Assembly (NCBI GenBank): GCA_044345755.1
Contig: JBIJAM010000001.1
Location: forward strand, 25,865 to 89,864
Source: Polynucleobacter sp.
GTDB taxonomy: Bacteria > Pseudomonadota > Gammaproteobacteria > Burkholderiales > Burkholderiaceae
DNA: 64,000 nucleotides
Direction: 5' to 3'
The first letter of the stretch is position 1. The number at the start of each line of letters is the position of its first letter. Below, in pieces: positions 52,078 through 62,549 of this stretch. A program made the position numbers and the translations under genes. Below the pieces are notes generated by a model that ran no database searches, was not told the DNA's origin, and saw only the letters and a list, made by a program, of their open reading frames with translations.

Positions 52078-55000
52078 ATGTCACTTACTCGTCAAAAATT
52101 CTTACTTAGTATTCTCGACCTTATTGAGGAACGAGAATCTAAACTTTTGGTATGGGGTCTTGTTGATGGATTTATAGCCGAGAGTGAACTTAATGATTTA
52201 ATTTCTAATCGTATTGATGCTGCCCTAGATCAAGGTTTTGACGAATTCTATGATTCAGCGCCAGTTATCAAAGAGTTACTTGATGAGAAGTTGATAGTTG
52301 AAGCTCAATCAAATTCAGAATCAAAAGTCTATCGCTCCAGGATGGCAGAGACAGTTAGGCTTTTACAAAGACTTAGGCAGGTTTTTCCAAAGCACGCCAA
52401 GAGATCAAATGGTTGGTTAAGTGCCCCTTCTTTAGTGGCTGATTTTCGCTTTCAAAGACGCCAAAGAAAATATCCCAAGCGCGATATAGATAAGTCAAAG
52501 GCACTTGAGACAATAAACTCCTTCACCAAGAATCCTCACCTTATTACTGCTGCCAAGGCAATACTACCCAATAATCCTAACTTCAAAATTGCCGGCTTTC
52601 AACTGCGCTCTTTTGAAAGGATCATCACAAGCATAGAAGATGGCAAAGCGCGAGGCACCATTGTTTGTGCTGGTACTGGTAGCGGCAAAACATTAGCTTT
52701 TTATTTGCCTGCACTCTCCTCCATAATTCGACACTTATTAACTAACTCAAAAGATAAATGGGTTAAATCAATAGCCATCTACCCAAGATCTGAGTTATTA
52801 AAGGATCAACTAGGAGAAGTAATCAGTAGGTGTGAAAGCCTTAGAGAACAGCACCCCAATATTTCAGTAAGGGTTGGCGCCTTATATGGTGACATCCCAA
52901 AAAGACTGCTGGATGTAAGGACCGGTAAGGGAAAGTGGCGGAAAGAAGGTGATAACTATATCTGCCCTTTCCTAAAATGCGTGAAATGCAACCATGATCT
53001 TCGTTTATCAGAGTCCAACCTTGAATCAAACAAAGAAGTTTTATCTTGTAGTAATGATGAGTGTAAGTGGTCTATTGATGGCGCTAAATTTCCTTTTACA
53101 AGGAATTCAATTGAGAAAAGTCCGCCAGATATTTTATTCACCACTACCGAGATGCTCAATCAACGACTCGCAGATAATAAGTACCGGCATCTGTTTGGCA
53201 TTGGTCCAAACTGCTTTAAACCACCTGAATTAGTTTTATTGGATGAGGTACATACCTATGAAGGAAGGCATGGCGCTCAAGTGGCCTACCTTCTACGCCG
53301 CTGGGCGCACTTAGTTTCTCAACCCCTAAGATTTGTCGGTTTATCAGCGACTCTTAAAGAGGCCCCGAGTTTCTTATCTAGCCTTACTGGAACTTGGCAG
53401 ACTTACATTGAAGAGATATCCCCTTATTCTGAAGAACTTGAATCTGAGGGCGCCGAATACCTAATCGCCCTTCGAGGGGATCCGGTATCAAAAGCGGCAC
53501 TACTCTCAACTACGATTCAGACAACCATGCTTCTTGAGCGGTCACTAGACCCCAAGACACCTGAGCCCGATAAATCAATAAGTAAAGGCACGTTTGGCCA
53601 AAAGACTTTTGCCTTCACGGATGACTTAGACGTTACAAATAGACTTTATTTTGGCCTATTAAGCGCTGAAGGTCGCAATAGTCAGGGCCGACCAGACATT
53701 AGAAATGCTCCAAATGGTGGACTAGCAGCACTCAGGAAGAGATCCGAGTCAAATTCTCGCTACTCCGGCGGACAGGATTGGCGTGCAATAGAAGAGATTG
53801 GCCATGATTTATCTGAAAGATTAAATATAGACAGGGTGAGCTCACAAGATAGGGGCATTAACAATGATGCTGATGTGATTATTGCTACAGCTGCGCTTGA
53901 AGTTGGGTATGACGATCCTAAGGTAGGAGCCGTTATCCAACACAAGGCCCCTAAAGGCATGGCCGGCTTCCTTCAAAGGAAGGGTCGCGCAGGCCGTCTC
54001 AGAGGCATGAGACCATGGACTGCAATTGTCCTTTCGGATTACGGTAGGGATAGAACAGCGTATCAAGGGTATGAACTCTTATTTGATCCTGAACTAAGGC
54101 CACGCACTCTCCCCACCTCCAATCGATACATAACTAGAATGCAATCCGTCTATTCGACCATGGATTATCTTGGCAAAAGACTCCAGGAGAACAATAAAGG
54201 AAGCGTCTGGACGGATTTAGCAGGACCTAAGGATAATAACGGCCGCATAACGCAATTGATAAAAGAAATTTCCACTATTCTTGAGACTTCTTACGGTGCC
54301 GAAAACCTCGAACGACATCTCCAAAGATCGCTAAAGATTTCAGCCGAAGAAGTTTCTGCATTACTCTGGGAGTACCCAAGACCATTGATGACTGTTGTAC
54401 TTCCTACAGCACTTCGTAGACTCCAATCAGGATGGTCCTCAAACAATCTCCCCGGAACCGATTACCAGGTTAGGAATAACCCCCTACCTGAATTTATACC
54501 TGCCTCACTTTTTGCTGACCTGAATTTAACTGAAGTTGAAATCCAATTACCGCAAAATCCCAACAATCAATATCCAAGCGACTCAAACATTAACTTTATG
54601 CCAATATTTTCGGCATTGAGAGAATTTACCCCGGGCCGCGTAAGTCGCAGATTTGGCGTGGAATATAGATCCGAGAGATATTGGATTTGCCCTGATGAAA
54701 CATTACTGACAAATGGCGCACAACTCAACTTGCCAATTTCTGAAATTGGCGACTTCCATAAAATCGGCAAGTATTCCTATGTTGATCAAGCAGGTAGTTT
54801 AAAAGTCGTATCAGTTTATGACCCAAGGGTTCTTAAGCCCACCATGCCATCCCAGAATATTGGCGATACGTCCAATGGACAACTTAAATGGCATAGTCAG
54901 TTTGTTGAGAAAAATCAGCCAACGCTTCTAACACCTCCGAATGGCAGCATTTGGGCAAATATCCTCCCTACCCTAGGATTTTTCTCCCACTCCAATCAGA

Positions 55001-56637
55001 ATCCAATTGAAATTCGTAGATTCACAACTGGTTCTAAAGCTGAAATTGGACTATCGCAAACTAATAAAGTGAATGTAGAGTTCACCTTTACCAATGAAGA
55101 GGAAGTTGTAGCTGTTGGCACGTCTTACCAAGCTGATGGAATTAGATTTGAAACTAATTTTGGCTCACAAATATCTTTGGGTGAACCGGATGCTCGGAAA
55201 TGGAGATCACTTAGAACAATTAAATATTTTCATGCAGCATGGAAGGGTCAATACCTTAAAGATGTCACTAGTCCATTTATTAGAAAATGGCTTGCTGAAA
55301 TATTCTTATCCTCCCTATCATTCGAAGCAATTCAACTTCAAGTCTCCCTTGAGGAGGCGGCACAGTTAATTGTTGATGGTAAATCAACAATTTCTTTAAA
55401 TGAAGTCCTGGAAATGCTGTTTCAATCACAAGTTGATACTGACCAGGCTGATGACTCAACGGATGTTGATTTTGGCAGTAGAGATAAGCTAAGGACGGAA
55501 TTAGATGATCTACTTAAAAAGCCGGACATCTTGCTCGAATTGCAAAAATTAAGCACCCTACTTTGGGAACAAATAAATATCTCCTGGACTGAATGGTTGA
55601 ATGAGGTTTACCAATCCACGCTGGGGGCGGCAATACTTAAAACGATAACGGATTTATGTCCTTCAATTAACTCTGATGACCTGTCTTTAGATCTGATACC
55701 AAAATTATCCAACTCTGAGGTCCGGAATAAGGCTTTAGATATTTGGATAACTGAGAAAACACCTGGCGGCAGTGGTCTTATTGAAGAATTCTTAATCAAA
55801 TACTCTGAAGATCCAAGAAGATTTTTCTCAATGGTGAGAGCATCCCTTGAGATTGGCGAATTTGAGCTTATTGATTACCAGTTGAATGTATTTACGGAGA
55901 AATTAAACACCCTTAATTCACCGATAAACACATCAGTCCAGGATCTGCGAAACGCTTCGACTCTTCAGGAAATTGATTCTTCCTATAGAGCCCTAAGAAA
56001 AACATTAATTAACGAGGGGTTGTCTCCCTTCCATGGTTTCATGGTTTCACTTAATAATCGCGTACTAAAGAGTGGCTCAAATCCAGGAACTGATAAGTAC
56101 ATATTTAACTCTATTCAAAAATGGGATAAGGAAGAAACTCGCCTTGGTATAGAGATCGATTTAAGAGTCATTTCATACCTGCTTAGTCAATCAGATGAAA
56201 TTGACTCCTTAATCGGTGATTTAGCCTCTACCGATGGTGAGCAAATTACTTCCTGGCGAATGAGTGCAATTTATGGGCTTTTATGGGGAAGAGGAAGAGA
56301 AATTAGATCAACCTCACTGCTTGTTCGAAACCCTTTTGTTGAGCTACCACCAGTTGAGCGACTATTAGTCATTGATTCTATTAACGATGAGAGACTTAAG
56401 GTATCAGTTGAGTTGGGCGACTGGTTAGAAAAAACTACCGAATATCTTGCTCAAGGGCGACTAGTGACCTTAACCTGCAATAGCGAAAATAGAAGTAAAT
56501 TGGGTCTTGCAATTAACTCACTAATAACTCAACCAATTGAATCAGACTACCTGTATACCTATGCTCGTCTTCAAGGCGTAAGACAAAACAACCAAATAAT
56601 AGAAGCCGATATCGAGTTATTGGAGGCCATTCAATGA
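52078..56637 (+). CDS. dpdJ: DpdJ, large DEAD/DEAH-box helicase
   Basis: GTGSGKT, CxxC Zn motifs, DEVHTY, LSAT, ATAALEVG and QRKGRAGR motifs. Confidence 0.87.
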   Translation: MSLTRQKFLLSILDLIEERESKLLVWGLVDGFIAESELNDLISNRIDAALDQGFDEFYDSAPVIKELLDEKLIVEAQSNSESKVYRSRMAETVRLLQRLRQVFPKHAKRSNGWLSAPSLVADFRFQRRQRKYPKRDIDKSKALETINSFTKNPHLITAAKAILPNNPNFKIAGFQLRSFERIITSIEDGKARGTIVCAGTGSGKTLAFYLPALSSIIRHLLTNSKDKWVKSIAIYPRSELLKDQLGEVISRCESLREQHPNISVRVGALYGDIPKRLLDVRTGKGKWRKEGDNYICPFLKCVKCNHDLRLSESNLESNKEVLSCSNDECKWSIDGAKFPFTRNSIEKSPPDILFTTTEMLNQRLADNKYRHLFGIGPNCFKPPELVLLDEVHTYEGRHGAQVAYLLRRWAHLVSQPLRFVGLSATLKEAPSFLSSLTGTWQTYIEEISPYSEELESEGAEYLIALRGDPVSKAALLSTTIQTTMLLERSLDPKTPEPDKSISKGTFGQKTFAFTDDLDVTNRLYFGLLSAEGRNSQGRPDIRNAPNGGLAALRKRSESNSRYSGGQDWRAIEEIGHDLSERLNIDRVSSQDRGINNDADVIIATAALEVGYDDPKVGAVIQHKAPKGMAGFLQRKGRAGRLRGMRPWTAIVLSDYGRDRTAYQGYELLFDPELRPRTLPTSNRYITRMQSVYSTMDYLGKRLQENNKGSVWTDLAGPKDNNGRITQLIKEISTILETSYGAENLERHLQRSLKISAEEVSALLWEYPRPLMTVVLPTALRRLQSGWSSNNLPGTDYQVRNNPLPEFIPASLFADLNLTEVEIQLPQNPNNQYPSDSNINFMPIFSALREFTPGRVSRRFGVEYRSERYWICPDETLLTNGAQLNLPISEIGDFHKIGKYSYVDQAGSLKVVSVYDPRVLKPTMPSQNIGDTSNGQLKWHSQFVEKNQPTLLTPPNGSIWANILPTLGFFSHSNQNPIEIRRFTTGSKAEIGLSQTNKVNVEFTFTNEEEVVAVGTSYQADGIRFETNFGSQISLGEPDARKWRSLRTIKYFHAAWKGQYLKDVTSPFIRKWLAEIFLSSLSFEAIQLQVSLEEAAQLIVDGKSTISLNEVLEMLFQSQVDTDQADDSTDVDFGSRDKLRTELDDLLKKPDILLELQKLSTLLWEQINISWTEWLNEVYQSTLGAAILKTITDLCPSINSDDLSLDLIPKLSNSEVRNKALDIWITEKTPGGSGLIEEFLIKYSEDPRRFFSMVRASLEIGEFELIDYQLNVFTEKLNTLNSPINTSVQDLRNASTLQEIDSSYRALRKTLINEGLSPFHGFMVSLNNRVLKSGSNPGTDKYIFNSIQKWDKEETRLGIEIDLRVISYLLSQSDEIDSLIGDLASTDGEQITSWRMSAIYGLLWGRGREIRSTSLLVRNPFVELPPVERLLVIDSINDERLKVSVELGDWLEKTTEYLAQGRLVTLTCNSENRSKLGLAINSLITQPIESDYLYTYARLQGVRQNNQIIEADIELLEAIQ

Positions 56638-57167
56638 CAGTTCACTATAGAAGAATTTTTAAGCACCAGCAGACAGGTGTTGCCACAATTAAAGAGTTGC
56701 TGCAATCAATGTTCATTGGCGAATTGCTTCAAACAGGCCAGGAAATATGGCTTGTTTCTCCATGGATTAGCAATGTTGTTCTTATTGACAATAGAACCGG
56801 TAACTTTGATACCTTAAACCCAGAATGGGGAAGAAAAGAAATTAGACTTGTTGAAGTTTTGCTTGCTTTTATGCTTAGAGGTTGCAAAGTTAATATCTTC
56901 ACACGCGAAGATGAACCTTCAAATATTCCTTTTATAAATGGATTGAAGGAAGTTGCTCATCAAAATTTTGTAGACTCCTTACTTAATATCAAACTCAGTG
57001 ATAAGTTACATACCAAGGGCCTGCTCTTGTCGAAGTCCCTTCTTATGGGCTCTATGAACCTTACCTATAACGGCTTAGAAATGAATGATGAATGGATTCA
57101 ATTTTCAATTGATCCAGAAGACATCTCAAAGACAAGGTCTGAGTTTTCAACATATATGGCCAAATAA
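56634..57167 (+). CDS. dpdK: DpdK, phospholipase D-like nuclease domain protein
   Basis: VSPWIS and LHTKG......GSMNLT.NG (HKD-like) motifs. Confidence 0.85.
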   Translation: MTVHYRRIFKHQQTGVATIKELLQSMFIGELLQTGQEIWLVSPWISNVVLIDNRTGNFDTLNPEWGRKEIRLVEVLLAFMLRGCKVNIFTREDEPSNIPFINGLKEVAHQNFVDSLLNIKLSDKLHTKGLLLSKSLLMGSMNLTYNGLEMNDEWIQFSIDPEDISKTRSEFSTYMAK

Positions 57168-57169
57168 GC

Positions 57170-59431
57170 ATGACTTTGATCTTAAATACTACAGAGTCAA
57201 AGTGGCTATCAGACTTTTATTCTGAGCCACAAGCCCTAAGTTGGAAGATATTGACCTCTGATAACGCAAGCGAGAATGCCCTTGCAAGAAAAGTCCTCCC
57301 TTGGCTACATAAATTAGAGGGATCTGGGGATGACTTTTTTACGGCAATCCCAAGTTTCGGGGCTAATGGGGATATTACTTGGTACGGCGTTGCGACTACT
57401 ACGCAACTATTCTCAGAAATGAGTGATGATTTGAAGAGTTTCATAGGTGCAACTTATTGTACTTTTGAAAATATTGACGACATCTCCATCAGGCCTAATG
57501 AGCAAATCCTAAAGAATAGATTTGGTAATAAGGTAGTTCGGTTTATACCTTTTGGAACTCCTCAACAAGAGCAGGTAGCACTTCTTCTTGACTCTTATCT
57601 AGCCTTAATTAACCGTCGCCCCGCTAGTGTCGAGCGAACAATTAGACCATTTGGGAAGATTAGGAACGATTTTGATCTTGCTTTATTAGCTAAGAACGAA
57701 GATCATGCACGTCAACTCATCAATGAGATGAGCCTTACCGGCAGGCTTGATTCTTCACAAAAGAAATGTCTTGAGATTAGGTTGCTTGCTGGTCTTGGAT
57801 ACACCGATCTAATTGCTAGAGATCAGGCTTTAATTACATCAGTTATTGACCTCTCACTGCCGCATCAAATAATTACTGATATCACTACTGCTTTGTATGA
57901 AACCTATATAAGAGCATATGAAAATGAGTCTGAAGAAGTTGTGATGCACAACTTTAATCAGAATATTTATAAACCTTATGGCGGCGCCCTCTTTAAGACA
58001 AGAAAGTCCATCCGCGATCCTATTGTCCTAAGGTCCTTCTTGTTGGCTCAGTTAGCCCATAACGAGCCTGATCAATCTAAAATTGATGGGATAGTCTCAG
58101 CCTACTCTGAAAATGCAGAGGGCCGAAATCTAGTCTTGAAGTGGAAAGGATGGCTTAAGCCAACTTCTAGGGTGCAACCACCCACCACAAAACCGAATGA
58201 ACCTGCTGAATTGGTCAAAGATGCAATTATTGACGAAGATTACTTACTAGCTGCAGAGATATGTCTAGAGCATCTAGCGGAAGATTGGGTTTTAACACCC
58301 CTTTTACGCTGCGCAGAAAATATTGGCTCTAAGGAGTTATCAAAAAAGGTCATTTCTCACGCTGCCTCGCTTAAAGATTTAAGTAAATTAAATTCGAGGG
58401 ATACTCAGCGCCTTGAAAAATTAAGGAAGAGTTTAGAGTCTGAAACTGCATTTGAAATGCCTAACTCTATGCACGCATGGGTTACCGGAGTTAAAAATAA
58501 CTCATTAGGGGAAGATCCTGTAGGAATTCTCAAAGAATCCATTCACAAATGGAGCCTAGACGATTTACTTGCCAACTCAAAGCAATGCAACGAAATTGCT
58601 GACTCTATCGTAAATGCAGATAAGCCTCAGGAAGAAGTTTACAAGGCTGCGTTTATTTCTCTCGTAGATTTTTTTGCAGATAATGAAAAATCATCTCAGA
58701 GAAACTTTTCACCAATCTATGCCAGTCTTATTAAGGTATTAGCATGGCGTGGCGCACTTACGCTAGATGAATTAGAGATTGCCGCAACATTAACTAATGC
58801 ATTATTAAACTCTGCTCCTACACGCGAAGTCTACTTAGATCTACTAAGCGACATGGGTGACATTCTGGAGGAAAATAAATCTGTTTTGAATGCAGATTGG
58901 ATGCTTAATATTGCAGAACTTTTCATTCTGTATCCAAGCCAAGGCAATGATGATCTTAGACTGAATTTATTTATATCTATCATTAACTACTTCTTAAGTA
59001 TTGCCCATAGGATATCGGAACCTCAAAGGGATGTTCTAAGCACCTTAGCCCAAGATTTTAACTGCCCTGACTTACTAAACTCCTTCCCTGCCGAGAAAGA
59101 TGATGCAACCCAGGAATTGATGCGTCAGGATTACAGTGGCTATGTCGGAATCTATACCCTAACGGATGGCGCCTCTCAACGTGCATCTGCAGTACTTAAA
59201 AAATACTATCCTCAAGCTAGAATTGAAGTCAATAATGATCATGAAGCAACTGATCGACTAAAGTCGCTTGCAAAGAATTCGGATATTTTTGTATTTGCCT
59301 GGAAAAGCAGTAAACATCAGGCCTACTTCTGCATCAAAGAGGCTCGCGCCCACGATGAAATCTTAATGGCACCTGGAAAAGGGTCTGTCAGCATTATCAA
59401 ATGCGTGATGGACAAAATTTACTCCAGTTGA
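57170..59431 (+). CDS. dpdD: DpdD
   Basis: 753 aa closing the operon; C-terminal receiver-like domain (GIYTL, T.RLK.LA..SD.FV.AW.SSKH.A, GKGS.SI). Confidence 0.78.
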   Translation: MTLILNTTESKWLSDFYSEPQALSWKILTSDNASENALARKVLPWLHKLEGSGDDFFTAIPSFGANGDITWYGVATTTQLFSEMSDDLKSFIGATYCTFENIDDISIRPNEQILKNRFGNKVVRFIPFGTPQQEQVALLLDSYLALINRRPASVERTIRPFGKIRNDFDLALLAKNEDHARQLINEMSLTGRLDSSQKKCLEIRLLAGLGYTDLIARDQALITSVIDLSLPHQIITDITTALYETYIRAYENESEEVVMHNFNQNIYKPYGGALFKTRKSIRDPIVLRSFLLAQLAHNEPDQSKIDGIVSAYSENAEGRNLVLKWKGWLKPTSRVQPPTTKPNEPAELVKDAIIDEDYLLAAEICLEHLAEDWVLTPLLRCAENIGSKELSKKVISHAASLKDLSKLNSRDTQRLEKLRKSLESETAFEMPNSMHAWVTGVKNNSLGEDPVGILKESIHKWSLDDLLANSKQCNEIADSIVNADKPQEEVYKAAFISLVDFFADNEKSSQRNFSPIYASLIKVLAWRGALTLDELEIAATLTNALLNSAPTREVYLDLLSDMGDILEENKSVLNADWMLNIAELFILYPSQGNDDLRLNLFISIINYFLSIAHRISEPQRDVLSTLAQDFNCPDLLNSFPAEKDDATQELMRQDYSGYVGIYTLTDGASQRASAVLKKYYPQARIEVNNDHEATDRLKSLAKNSDIFVFAWKSSKHQAYFCIKEARAHDEILMAPGKGSVSIIKCVMDKIYSS

Positions 59432-59464
59432 TTGACCTCGCGGGTAATTGACCCTTGTTGTAAA

Positions 59465-60565
59465 TCAAACTGGAATAGCTGGCCCTAAACTGCCCCATGA
59501 CAGAATCGCACCGCAACCTCTAGTTTCATATAAATCTACCCGATCTAACTGAGGTAAATCATTGATTGATTCGGCCTTAATCCATCTAAGCAATGAAGCT
59601 ACATCACAGTCATCAAGTCGATCCATTTGATACAAGGGGTGATGGTCTAATTTTTTAAAAATTGGGTCAAATACTTCCTTCACATCACCAAAGTCAACCG
59701 TCCAACCCATTACCTTATCAATTGGTGCATGTAAGTGGAGTCTCAATACATACGTATGGCCATGAATCTGCTTCCTTGGATCTCCATCGGGTGCATTCTT
59801 TAGTTGGAGCGCACTATCAAAGCTCATTTCTTTCCAAATACGGTAGTGACTACCGTCGAAATTAGCGCCACAACTAGCAGTTTCATAAACTGTTACCCAC
59901 GACAACTGTGGAAAATTAGGTTTTAGCTGTGCCCAAATCCAAGATGAAATTAATTCACTGGTTGGATTTTCAAGGCCTGGCACATCATTAAGGCAGGTGT
60001 GGTCTAGTTTTGCATGGATTGGCTGCCATAATTTATCAATGTAGTCATAGTCAATTCCAATAGCTTCATTGCTATTTAAAGTGATATCTGCGTGCAATAT
60101 CACTTCAAAAGTATGGCCATGCATACGGCCACACTTATGCCCCGGAACCACATTTGGTAATTGATGCGCAGATTCAAATTTATAGCGACGCCAAATATGC
60201 GCATGACCCTTGATATCTAAATCTACACCTTGCGACTCAGTACTTTGCAGGCCAATATTTTCAATGCCAGGAACGTCAATCCGCTCATGAATCCATCGGG
60301 CCAAGTTTTCATCCGTTGGTTGGTGCAATGTTTTATTAAGATCGCTATAGTCAAGTGGTCCAATCGCTTTTTTTAATTTAGCTAAAAGTTCACCAACTTC
60401 TGCGCCCTTGAAACTCCCCCAATCAGATGGCAAATCACACCGTACCTTAGCAAGAAAACTATGGCCGTGGAGGTTCCTTGCTTTGTGCCCTTCTGGCAGT
60501 ATGCTTACCTGCCTTGCGGATTCAAAACTGGACGCTGCCGTGTAGAGGAGTAACTCTTTGCTCAT
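59465..60565 (-). CDS. queD: 6-carboxytetrahydropterin synthase QueD with three tandem T-fold domains
   Basis: Three ~120-aa repeats, each with F.SA...HGH; the middle one has FESAH...CGRMHGH, NPTSE and YET. Confidence 0.88.
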   Translation of the reverse strand: MSKELLLYTAASSFESARQVSILPEGHKARNLHGHSFLAKVRCDLPSDWGSFKGAEVGELLAKLKKAIGPLDYSDLNKTLHQPTDENLARWIHERIDVPGIENIGLQSTESQGVDLDIKGHAHIWRRYKFESAHQLPNVVPGHKCGRMHGHTFEVILHADITLNSNEAIGIDYDYIDKLWQPIHAKLDHTCLNDVPGLENPTSELISSWIWAQLKPNFPQLSWVTVYETASCGANFDGSHYRIWKEMSFDSALQLKNAPDGDPRKQIHGHTYVLRLHLHAPIDKVMGWTVDFGDVKEVFDPIFKKLDHHPLYQMDRLDDCDVASLLRWIKAESINDLPQLDRVDLYETRGCGAILSWGSLGPAIPV

Positions 60566-60586
60566 ATATAGGTCTTAGTTGTTTGC

Positions 60587-61138
60587 TTAATGAAATTGAT
60601 TTTGTTTGGTATCGAACAGGCCAAAATAAAAATTAGCTCTGCCAGGCAAATTACTATGATGAATGCAATTAATTTGATTATTTGCAGAAAGAAGATCGGC
60701 AAAATCATGATATGCACTTGAAATAACTGAAGTTAATTCAGGGGCTTCTAAAATCAAAACTGCATTTCTGATATGTAATCGCTCAGCCTCCAAAATAATG
60801 CTGGCACTTCTATACAGAAGTGGGTACGCAATATGTAAAGGAACATCTTTCAAACCCAAAGCTTCTTTTATGTAGTAAAGGGGATAGCCCAGTTTCAGAG
60901 TTTTGGCGTTAACTAGTTGGCCAATATTCTTAAAACTAGGATTTTCTGAGAACTGACTTTCACTAATAAGTAACTCACCGCCATTGGTGGATTTTCCCGT
61001 ATAAAGGGTCACAAGATCATTCCCTTCTTTACCACTTAATAAAGATGACTTCCACCCCAACCTAGTCTCTGCGATTTCAGGCAAGCCTATCCCAGGTATC
61101 TTGCTAACCGCCTTAATTATTACGGGAAGTGGTGCCAT
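60587..61138 (-). CDS. Hypothetical protein (possibly a degenerate nuclease-fold protein)
   Basis: 183-aa ORF; I.Y.LLYRSAS.ILEA.R motif. Confidence 0.6.
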   Translation of the reverse strand: MAPLPVIIKAVSKIPGIGLPEIAETRLGWKSSLLSGKEGNDLVTLYTGKSTNGGELLISESQFSENPSFKNIGQLVNAKTLKLGYPLYYIKEALGLKDVPLHIAYPLLYRSASIILEAERLHIRNAVLILEAPELTSVISSAYHDFADLLSANNQINCIHHSNLPGRANFYFGLFDTKQNQFH

Positions 61139-61199
61139 GGTATTAGGGTCTAAATTTTTACTAATTACTTTAATAATAAAGGTTGGGCACCCTAAAACC

Positions 61200-61784
61200 T
61201 TAGATATCTTCCCACTCCCCCGTCTCCTCCATCCCCTCCATATCCTTAGGGCAGATGGGTGGGCCTAAAAGCAGGTGCTTTCTAAGCATTACCACCTCAT
61301 AGCCACACTTAGCGCACTTGGCCCCTGGTCTTTTGGCTACCTTTTGGGCTGCTCTAACTGGTAGGCTTAATCTACCGTGCGGGAACTCCCCCAGCTTTTC
61401 TGCAATGGCTAGCAAGTCTTTTTTAAGCCATTCTCCTGCTCCAGCGCTGCGCATGGGTCCTTTTAGGCCTACATCCAAGGCTATTCGCTTAAATCCCTCG
61501 CCATGACCACTTGTGCAGTTATCTACTGCATGCACTAATTCATGGACTAAGGTATCCAGAAAATCAAATGGGGTATGCAGATGCGGGGCTATGAAGATTT
61601 GGTTTATGCCATCTTCTGCTGCTTTACTAGACCAGCACTGCCCTAAATGACGCCCTTTCCCTCCTGTACTCGGAAATCCCACCGATACCTTGACTACCGG
61701 CACGGCATACCCTGCCCGCTCAAAGATCGGAATAATATGCTCTACTGCTTTCATTAACCACTGCTCTCTGTTTACTTGGGCCAT
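61200..61784 (-). CDS. SprT-like zinc metalloprotease with C-terminal Zn ribbon
   Basis: HELVH...HG..F zincin motif; CAKC...CP; SD AGGAG upstream. Confidence 0.8.
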   Translation of the reverse strand: MAQVNREQWLMKAVEHIIPIFERAGYAVPVVKVSVGFPSTGGKGRHLGQCWSSKAAEDGINQIFIAPHLHTPFDFLDTLVHELVHAVDNCTSGHGEGFKRIALDVGLKGPMRSAGAGEWLKKDLLAIAEKLGEFPHGRLSLPVRAAQKVAKRPGAKCAKCGYEVVMLRKHLLLGPPICPKDMEGMEETGEWEDI

Positions 61785-61792
61785 GCTGTCTC

Positions 61793-62338
61793 CTAGTGGT
61801 CTAACCAGCTGCGGTTTTCAGACATGCGCATGAAATCCAAGTCCATGGTTTGGGATTGGGTAAATTCCCAGTCTTTCGGAAAGGTGATCTCGTCCTTTTT
61901 CCAGCATTGCCGCCTTACTTCATCGATGGCCTCCATTTCATCGTCGGTGGCTACAAGGGCAAGGCGCTCAAAGTTGGGTTTGGGGCTCTTTTTAGATCTG
62001 GAGGGTTTTTGCTCTTCTGCAACTGGCCATGCCCGTAAGAAGTTGAGCCAATAGACCTTAAAGCTGGGGCCAAATATCTGATCTACCAACACGGCATCGG
62101 TACAGTGGGGATCCTCTTCATTGATCTGGATGACCTTGAGGCCCTTGGCAGCGACAAACTCAAGATATTGGCGCGCTGCTGCATGATCATCAAACCGAAT
62201 GCTAAGCAATTCATCACTAGACCAAAGCTTAGATTGATCGACCAGATCAAAGATAAATTGGCCGTAGCCTCCCTGGTAACGCTGGTGGATTGCTCCTTTT
62301 TTCAATAGAACGCAAACGCCTTCAATTAGTACGGGCAT
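61793..62338 (-). CDS. Hypothetical protein
   Basis: 181-aa ORF with SD GGAG, co-oriented with the SprT-like gene. Confidence 0.65.
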   Translation of the reverse strand: MPVLIEGVCVLLKKGAIHQRYQGGYGQFIFDLVDQSKLWSSDELLSIRFDDHAAARQYLEFVAAKGLKVIQINEEDPHCTDAVLVDQIFGPSFKVYWLNFLRAWPVAEEQKPSRSKKSPKPNFERLALVATDDEMEAIDEVRRQCWKKDEITFPKDWEFTQSQTMDLDFMRMSENRSWLDH

Positions 62339-62549
62339 GAATACTCCAATGGGTGGATTGTGGTGGGGAAAAGTCGGGCTTGATTGGATACAGATTACGA
62401 AGGGGCTAGCTCATATACCGACCCTGTGCCCCAATCGAAATGAAAAAATAAATGGAAATTAATGCATTTATTTCATAAGGTGAAACGCGAGTATGGCATG
62501 CTTAATAGAGGGTATTTATTTCTTAAAGCAACAGCAAAAAGGAGATGCC

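Larger units (their letters stand above)
35473..60565. other. Dpd 7-deazaguanine DNA modification/restriction genomic island
   Basis: TGT-like DpdA, DGQHR proteins, preQ0 synthesis genes and the DpdE-K/D helicase-PLD operon; AT-rich relative to the core genes. Confidence 0.92.

Noticed and set aside
41474-57167. Helicases plus PLD protein as DISARM, BREX or Druantia
   Set aside because: No DNA methyltransferase or PglZ; gene order and sizes fit dpdE-K.
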